From: an uncultured Gemmataceae bacterium
GTDB lineage: Bacteria > Planctomycetota > Planctomycetia > Gemmatales > Gemmataceae
Reading direction: 5' to 3'
Length of the DNA stretch: 64,000 bases
Assembly (NCBI GenBank): GCA_963750165.1
Contig: CAVVPN010000003.1
Span: 2,752,001 to 2,816,000, forward strand
The notes under the pieces are model-generated. The model made no database searches and was not told the origin of the DNA. It saw only the letters and a program-made list of their open reading frames with translations. Position numbers and translations under genes: made by a program. Each line of letters opens with the position of its first letter. Within the stretch, counting starts at the first letter, position 1. Shown piece by piece: positions 51,590 through 61,200 of this stretch.

Positions 51590-52226
51590 ATGTCAACGGC
51601 GGTTGACAACACGGATGAGCCCGGCTGTAAACAATGGGCTGCGGAAATCAGGACGGGCCTGAACGAGCCGAAAAGTTTACACCGCCATCCGGAAGTGGAA
51701 TACCACTGTAAGCCGTTGATGTAGAGGACATTGCGAATGGAAACCAGAACATCAGCAGAAGCTCAGTCCGGTTGGCTCGGCGTTTGCTGAAGAAGAGAAG
51801 ATAGACAAAACAAATATTGAGGGAAAAGGGGGCGGTGCGCGGCCACGGCAAAGGGCACCGCGCGTGCGTCGGCACCGCCCCACTTCTCTCAACTGCGTTG
51901 TAAACCGTCGTTGATCAGAAGTCAAGTTGGCCCGCGCGTTGCGGGCCTTCCTTGCATCCACCGACTGCTGGAACTCGGGCCCGGGTGCTTGAGCCCCGAG
52001 CGTGGCTTCCCAATCCGATGTCCCGGGCCGGATGTGGATCCGGTAACCTTCGACCGATCCCCTGCCGTCCGTGGCCGTCGCCCACCGGTACGGTCTGCGC
52101 ACCGTCCCGAAAGGCGCCCGCCGCCCAGGCGAGCGCCTGCAATCTGTTGGAACAAAACTCCGTCGCCTTGGTCACTGCTGACCCAGGGGTCTGCCTTCAC
52201 TAACTCTCTACCTTGGGGGTCTGCCA

Positions 52227-55200
52227 GTGCTACATTCTCTGAATCGCGTGTGGTCCAAGCGGAAGAGCATGTTCCGGCGTCAAGGCGACGCAGTCACCCA
52301 GGCGCGCAAGCCGTTCCGCCCTGCCCTGGAAGCGCTCGAAGGCCGCGTCGTTCCCGCCTTCGCCATCCGGGCGACCGAGTTCGACAGCCTCAAGAACGTG
52401 GTCGCTTCGAGCACGCAAACCAGCCCGAGCGGCCCTGGCAGCGCCTTCAACGCCATCTTCACTCTGCCGGATTTCAGCATCACCATCGTCGGCAACAACT
52501 CGAACATCGGCTCCACCTACGCCGCCCACAGCACCACGATCAACATGCTGTACACCGGCCCGACCGGGGCCAACTCGGACAGCATTCTCATTGAGGTCCT
52601 GGGCGACAGCTACGTCACCCCCAGCGCTGGCCCGGCCCAAATCACCAGCAACGCCTCCCCCAGCACCTCCGGACTGCAGGCGAGCACTGTCACCATGACC
52701 AGCGGCGTGCTCAACGGCGACGTCGCGCTGTCGGGCACGCCAGGCACCACGCTGAACGGCCAGTTGGGGCAGACGATGGGGGCGGGCTCGATCGGTTCGG
52801 CGTCGAGCGTCCTGTCGCCCAACCCAACCGTGTCCGGTTCGGTCTTCACGCTCGCCAACCCGTTCACGTTCTACCAGACCTACACGTTCGGCGGGTTTAA
52901 CACCACCGGCCAGGCTGGTTCCATGTCGGCGGGCTCGGAGGTCGATGCCGTCCCCAACGCGAACAACCCGCACATCGCCATCGTCAAGTTGACCAACGGT
53001 ACCAACAATGATGACCCGCCCACCCCGGGTGTGCCGGACGGCCCCATCGTGATGGTGGGTAGCACGGTCACCTGGACCTACAACGTCACCAACCCGGGCA
53101 ACGAACCGATCGCCAACGTGAACGTCACCGATAACATCGCCGGGGTCAACCCACTGCCGGTGCTCTCGGGCAGCTTCAACGTCGGCGACACCAACGACAA
53201 CGGCCTGCTCGACCCCGGCGAGACCTGGGTGTACACCGCCACCGGCATCGCCACACTCGGCCAGTACAGCAACGTCGGCACCGTCACCGGCACCAGCACC
53301 ATCACCAACACCCCCGTCGCTTCCGATAACCCCGACCACTACTTCGGCGTTCCGGTCACCCCGACCATCACGACCCAGCAGACGCCGCTGACGGGCCCCG
53401 TCGGCACCTCGACCAACGACACGGCGATCGTCACCGGGTACTACCCGACCGGGACGGTCACGTTCAACCTGTACGACAACCCGAACGGCACCGGCACCTC
53501 GTTGTTCACCGACACCGAGCCGTTGGTCATCACCCCCGAGGAGCCACTGGTCGGGGTGGCGACCTCGACCGATTTTACGATCACTGCCCCCGGCACCTAC
53601 TACTGGGTGGCCACCTACAACGGCGACAACCTGAACAACAACCCGGTCACGAGCACGACGGACGGCGAGCCGGTGGTCGTCGCCACCCCGGCCATCAACA
53701 TCGTCAAGCTGACCAACGGCACCAACAACGATAGCCCGCCCGTCGCCGGCACGCCCGACGGCCCCATCGTGCCGGTCGGCAGCACCGTCACCTGGACCTA
53801 CAACGTCACCAACCCCGGCACGGAGCCGATCGCCAACGTCGCCGTCAGCGACAACATCGCGGGCGTCAACCCGACCCCGGTGCTCTCGGGCGGCTTCAAC
53901 GTCGGCGACGCCAACGACAACGGTCTGCTCGACCCCGGCGAGACCTGGGAGTTCACCGCCAGCGGCACGGCCACCGCCGGCCAGTACAGCAACATCGGCA
54001 CCGTCACCGGCACCAGCACCATCACCAACACGCCGGTCAGCGCCACCAATCCGGACCACTACTACGGCTACACGACGAATATCAACATCGTCAAGTTGAC
54101 CAACGGCACCAACAACGACAACCCGCCCGTCGCGGGCGTGCCCGACGGCCCAACGGTGCCCGTGGGCAGCACCGTCACCTGGACCTACAACGTCACCACC
54201 ACGGGCAACGTGCCACTCTCGAGCGTCGCCGTTAGCGACAACATCGCGGGCGTCAACCCGACCCCGGTGCTCTCGGGCGGCTTCAACGTCGGCGACACCA
54301 ACCAGGACGGCCTGCTCGAGGCCGGTGAGACCTGGGAGTTCACCGCCAGCGGCACGGCCATCGCCGGCCAGTACAGCAACATCGGCACCGCCACCGGCAC
54401 CCCGAGCACCCCGAGCGGCACCCCCATCCCCGGCGCCCCGCCGCAGACCTCCACCAACCCGGACCACTACTACGGCACGCTGTCGCTGGGCGACTTCGTC
54501 TGGAACGACGTGAACGCCAACGGCATCCAGGACAGCAGCGACCTGACCAGCAACGGCATCAACGGCGTGCTCGTCGATCTCGAGAACAGCGGCGGCACCG
54601 TCATCGCCACCACCACCACGGGCAATAACCCGGTGGGCGGCGCCCCCGGCTACTACCAGTTCAGCGGTCTGCTGCAGGGCACCTACACCGTCGTCATCGA
54701 CAGCAGCAACTTCGCCAGCGGCGGCGCCCTGGCCAGCTACTCGGCCACGCCGAGCATGGTTGCCGGCAGCACCACCGCCAACGACAGCAACGGCAGCCCG
54801 GCTTCTGTCACGCTGACCACGGCCAACGACGAGACCATCGACTTCGGCTACTTCAAGCCGGGCATCAACATCGTCAAGTTGACCAACGGCACCAACAACG
54901 ACAACCCGCCCGTGGCGGGCACCCCTGACGGCCCGACGGTGCCGGTGGGCTCGACGGTGACCTGGACCTACAACGTCACCAACCCCACGGGCGTGGCGCT
55001 GAGCAGCGTCAGCGTCAGCGACAACATCGCGGGCGTCAACCCGACCCCCGTCCTCTCGGGCGGCTTCAACGTCGGCGACACCAACCACGACGGCCTGCTG
55101 GAAATGGGCGAGACCTGGGTGTTCACCGCCACAGGCACCGCCATCGCCGGCCAGTACAGCAACATCGGCACCGCCACGGGCACGCCGGTGACGCCGACCG

Positions 55201-58200
55201 GCGGCACCATCCCGGGCGCCACGCCGGTCAGCGCCACCAACCCGGACCACTACTACGGCACGCTGTCGGTCGGCGACTTCGTCTGGAACGACGTGAACGC
55301 CAACGGCATCCAGGACAGCAGCGACCTGACCAGCAACGGCATCAACGGCGTGCTCGTCGATCTGAAGAACAGCAGCGGCACCGTCATCGCCACCACCACC
55401 ACCGGCAACAACCCGGTCGGCGGCGCCCCTGGTTACTACCAGTTCAGCGGCCTGCTGCAGGGCAGCTACACCGTCGTCATCGACAGCAGCAACTTCGCCA
55501 GCGGCGGCGCCCTGGCGGGCTACACGGCCACGCCGAGCATGGTTGCCGGCAGCACCCCCGCCAACGACAGCAACGGCAGCCCGGCCGCCGTCACGCTGAC
55601 CACGGCCAACGACGAGACCATCGACTTCGGCTACTTCAAGCCGGGCATCAACATCGTCAAGCTGACCAACGGCACCAACAACGACAGCCCGCCGGTGGCC
55701 GGCACGCCCGACGGCCCGACGGTGCCGGTGGGCTCGACGGTGACCTGGACTTACAACGTCACCAACCCCACGGGCGTGGCGCTGAGCAGCGTCAGCGTCA
55801 GCGACAACATCGCGGGCGTCAACCCGACCCCGGTGCTCTCGGGCGGCTTCAACGTCGGCGACACCAACCACGACGGCCTGCTGGAAATGGGCGAGACCTG
55901 GGTGTTCACCGCGAGCGGCACCGCCATCGCCGGCCAGTACAGCAACATCGGCACCGCCACCGGCACGCCGGTGACGCCGACCGGCGGCACCATCCCGGGC
56001 GCCACGCCGGTCAGCGCCACCAACCCGGACCACTACTACGGCACGCTGTCGGTCGGCGACTTCGTCTGGAACGACGTGAACGCCAACGGCATCCAGGACA
56101 GCAGCGACCTGACCGGCAACGGCATCAACGGCGTGCTGGTCGATCTCGAGAACAGCGGCGGCACCGTTATCGCCACCACCACCACGGGCAACAACCCGGT
56201 CGGCGGCGCCCCTGGCTACTACCAGTTCAGCGGCCTGCTCCAGGGCACCTACACCGTCGTCATCGACAGCAGCAACTTCAACACCGGCGGCGCCCTCTTC
56301 GGCTACACGCCCACGCCGAGCATGGCCGCCGGCAGCACCCCGGCCAACGACAGCAACGGCAGTCCGGCACCCGTCACGCTGACCACGGCCAACGACGAGA
56401 CCATCGACTTCGGCTACATCAGGCCGACCCCTATCACCATCACCACCACGCCTGGCGGTCCGGTGGCCATCGGCACGCCCAGCCTGGTCGTGACCAAGAC
56501 GGCCAACGTGACCGCCGCCTTGCCGTTCCAGCCCGTGACCTACACCTACACGGTCACCAACACGGGGAACGCTCCGGCGACCAACGTGTCCCTGGTCGAT
56601 GACGACGGCTTGCCGAGCATGCCTGCGTATTCCTTCACCCCGGCGCCGGTCACGACGACCTACAACGGCCAGACCTACAACGTCGGCGACGCCAACCACG
56701 ACGGGCTGCTCAGCCCCGGCGAGACGTGGCAGTTCACCGCCACCGTCATCCCGCCCGTGACCGAGTCGCAGGTCATCAACGGCACCGATGTGTCCGTCGG
56801 CACCCTGATCGTCCAGCACCCCACCAGCGGGCCGTACGCCGGCGACTACGAGGTCACCTTCCTGCAGAGCCTGGGCCTGGTGGACAACACCTACGGCACC
56901 AACGCCTCCTCCGGCTGGGGCACGCACGGCCACACCTTCAGCGACCTGACCGGCAGCGACGGCGCCGACTTCCAGTTCATCGACAGCAGGGGCAACACCG
57001 TCCTGCAGTTCGAGGCGGACTACGTCAGCCAGGGCAGTTCCATGACCCTGCCCAACGGCACCACGGTCAACTACCCGTCCGGCTACGGCACCCTCGGCCT
57101 GGGCGGCGACGGCAGCCTGAGCGTCGGCAACGGCAGTAACATCCTGGCCATCAACACCACCATTACCCAGGACCTGAACCAGTCGTCGGCCTACTACGGT
57201 TTCACCACCAACTCGCCGACCCCGGGCTCCAGCCTGGACGCCAACTGGAACAACGTGGACGGCTACACGGTGGTCGTCAGCCCCGCCACGTTCGGGGCCA
57301 ACGGCTTCGGTTCGGTGAGCATCCCGTACGTCCACGACTCGCCGTCCAAGCTGTCCAGCACCATCCGGTTCACCCCGGTCGCCGAGCCCTCGACGGTCAC
57401 CAACACCGTCACGGTCACCGCCACCGCCGCCGGCACGACCAATCAGGTCACCGGCAGTGCCACGACGAACGTGCAAATCGTGCCCGGCGGCCCCACCATG
57501 CAGAACACCGCCTCGATCGGCCTGCCGACGACGTTCGCGCCGCCGGCCACGCCCTTGACCGACTCGGCGACGCTGTCCGGCGGGAACAGCCCGACCGGCA
57601 CGATCACGTTCTACCTGTTCGCACCGGGGGTCACACCCAACGCCAACAACAGCAACAACGTCTACAGCACCACGGTCGCCGTCAGCCACGGCAACGGGAC
57701 GTACTCCACGCCGGCGACGGGCTACGCGCCGCAGACGACCGGCACGTATCAGTGGGTGGCCGTTTACAGCGGTGACGGTAGCAACGCCAGTGTCACCAGC
57801 CCCTTCGGCTCCGAGCCCGAAGCCGTCAGCCCGCCGATCTTCATCGCCACCACGCCCGGCGGCACGGTGGACCTCAACTCGCCCAGCCTGGTCATCACCA
57901 AGACGGCCAACGCGACCGCCGTGTTGCCGTTCCAGCCCGTGACCTACACCTACACGGTCAGCAACAACGGCAGCGCCGCCGCGACCAATGTGTCCGTGGT
58001 GGACGACAACGGCACGCCGGGCTCCACCGGCGATGATTTCAGTCCGGCGCCGGTCACGACGACCTACAACGGCCAGACCTACAACGTCGGCGACGCCAAC
58101 CACGACGGCCTGCTCAGCCCCGGCGAGACGTGGCAGTTCACCGCCACCGTCATCCCGCCCGTGACCGAGTCGCAGGTCATCAACGGCACCGACGTCGATG

Positions 58201-61200
58201 TCGGCACGCTCAGCGTGCAGCAGCTGCCGTCCGGCGACTACAAGGTCACGTTCCTGCAGAGCCTGGGCCTGGTGGACAACACCTACGGCACCAACGCCTC
58301 CTCCGGCTGGGGCACGCAGGGCCACAAGTTCAGCGACCTGACCGGCAGCGACGGCGCCGACTTCCAGTTCACCGACGGCAGGGGCAACACCGTCCTGCAG
58401 TTCGAGGCGGACTACGTCAGCCAGTCCAGCTCCTTCCCCTCTGACTACGGCACGCTCGGTCTGGGCGGTGACGGCAGCCTGAGCGTCGGCAACAGCGCCT
58501 GGATCAGGTCCATCGACACCACCATCACCGACGACCTGAACCAGTCGCCGGCCTACTACGGTTTCACCACCAACTCGCCCACGCCCGGCACCACTCTGGA
58601 CGCCAGCTGGAACAACGTGGACGGCTACACGGTGGTCATCAGTTCTGCCGCGTTCGGGGCCAACGGCTTCGGTTCGGTGAGCATCCCGTACGTCCACGAC
58701 TCGCCGTCCAAGCTGTCCGGCACCATCCGGTTCACCCCGGTCGCCGAGCCTTCCACCGTGACGAACAACGTGACGGTCACGGCCACCGGCGTCGGCTCCA
58801 CCACCCAGGTCACGGCCAACACCGGCGTCTCGGTGCAGATCGTGCCGGGCGGCCCGGCCAACCCCACCCCGGTCACTGCGTCCTCGTCGTCCGCGGCGAT
58901 GCCCACGCAGTTGACCGACTCGGCGACGATCACCGGTGGCAACAACCCGACCGGCACGGTCACCTTCTACCTGTTCGCGCCCGGGGTCACGCCCAACGCG
59001 ACCTTCAGCAACAACGTCTTCACCACCGCGGTCACGGTGAACGGCGCCGGAACCTATCCCACGCCGAGCGGCTACACGCCGATGCAGACGGGCACCTACC
59101 AGTGGGTGGCGGTCTACAGCGGCGACAGCAACAATCCGGGCGTCACCAGCCCGTTCGGCAGCGAGCCTGAGACGGTCGGGCCGCCGGTCGCCATCAGCAC
59201 GACGCCCGGCGGCACGGTGGCCCTGGTCAACGGCGTGGCGAGCGGCGCGTTGACCGACTCGGCGACGATCTCGGGCGGCTACAGACCGGGCGGTTCGGTC
59301 ACGTTCTACCTGTACGCGCCGGGCGTCACCCCCGACGCCCTCAACGACAACTACGTCTACACCGTCACGGTGCCGGTCACCGGCGACGGGACCTACACCA
59401 CGCCGGGCGGCTTCACGCCGACGATGGCATTGTCGGGCCTGGGCACCTACGAGTGGGTGGCCGTCTACAGCGGCGACCTCAACAACGCCGGGGTTTCGTC
59501 GCCCTTCAGCGACGAGCCGGAGATCGTCAACGGCGGCACCCCGAACGTGGTCGTGACCAAGACGGCCGACCGGTCCAGCATCGCGGCGGGAATGACGGCC
59601 GGATACACCGTCACGATCACCAGCACCGGCACCGGCACCGCCACCGGGGTGACGCTGAGCGACCCGCTGCCGGCTGGTTCTGGCGGCGACGTCAACTGGA
59701 TGATCGACGGCACGGTGGGCTCCCCGGCCGATTTCACCATCACCGGATCGCCGGGGCACCAGAGCCTGACGTTGTCGTCGTACTTCCTGACCACCCTGGG
59801 AGACAGCCTGGCCCCCGGCGCGAGCATCTCCGTCCACATCACCAGCCCGACGAACACGGGAGACGCCAACGGCGGCGCCCTGGCGAGCAGTTTCAACACA
59901 GCCGGCACTGCCGCCTCCGGTTTCGTCACCCTGGGCACGGCGAGCAATTACAGCGTGCTCGGGCTCATTAACACGGCCATCACCAACAGCGCCGTCACCA
60001 TCACGGGCAACGAGGGCGTGTCGCAGGGCGGCTCGCTCTCGAACATGGCTTCCTCGTCCATCACCGGTAACGTTTACGAGTATGCCAGCGGGCAATACTC
60101 GGGCCCGGGCATCCTGGGCGGGTCGGTCATCACCAACGCCAGTTTGCTCGCCCAGAACGATACGGACGCCCTCAATGCCTCGACCGCCGCTGCGGGGCTG
60201 AGCGCCACGCAGACCTTCGGGAACATCACCGCCGCGACCACCGTTAATGGCAACGGCGGCCTCAACGTGATTGATATCAACGGCAACATCAACCTCAACA
60301 ATGCCTCGCTGACCCTGAGCGGTTCCGCCTCGGACGTGTTCATCGTCAACGTGACCGGGAACGCCACCTTCGGGGGAACCGGTGGTTTGATGCTGGGCAG
60401 CGGCGTGACGGTCAACCACGTGCTGTACAACTTTACGGGCACCGTCGGCGGCCCTGCCGGCACCATCACTTCCCACGTCGGCAACGTCTTCTACGGGACG
60501 CTGCTGGCTCCCCATGAAAGTTTCAACCTCGACGGCAGCTTCGTCGGCGAGATCATCGGCGGCGGCTCGGCGGGCATCCAACTGCTTTCCAACGCCACGG
60601 TCAACGCCAACGTCATGAGCCTGCCGAACGGCCTGAGCAACACGGCCACGGTCACGGCCAGCGGCGTCGCGTCGCAGCAAGCTTCGGCCACGATCACGAT
60701 CGCGCAGCCGGGCACCATCAGCGGCACCAAGTTCCTTGACACGACCGGCAAAGGCTTCGGCGGCACCAACTCCCCGCTCGGCGGCGTGCCGATCAACCTC
60801 TACAACGACACCAACAACAACGGCGTCCTTGACGGTGGCGACTCCCTGGTCGCCACCACCACCACCTCGACGGTCGCGGGGCAAGTCGGCACCTACTCCT
60901 TCACCGGGCTGGCGCCGGGCACTTACTTCGTGCAGGAGGTGGTCCCCTCCGGCTACGTCCAGACCGGCGGCGGCCCGAACGGCTCGGCCGGCGCCACCTA
61001 CTACACCGTCACCGTCCAGTCCGGTCAGGCCTACGCCGGCAACAACTTCGACGACTACCAGACCCCGACCTGCGCCCCCACCAACGTCAGCTACTACGTC
61101 GTCAACAACGGCAGCACGACGTCGTACAGCAACCTGAGCGGCAACACCAACCAGGGTAACTCGGTGACGGCGGTGTTCACCGTCACGATGACCGAGACGC

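Noticed and set aside
51828..51881. GC hairpin with GGCAAA as a c-di-GMP riboswitch
   Set aside because: Lacks the GAAA-loop second stem and GACGCAAAG consensus
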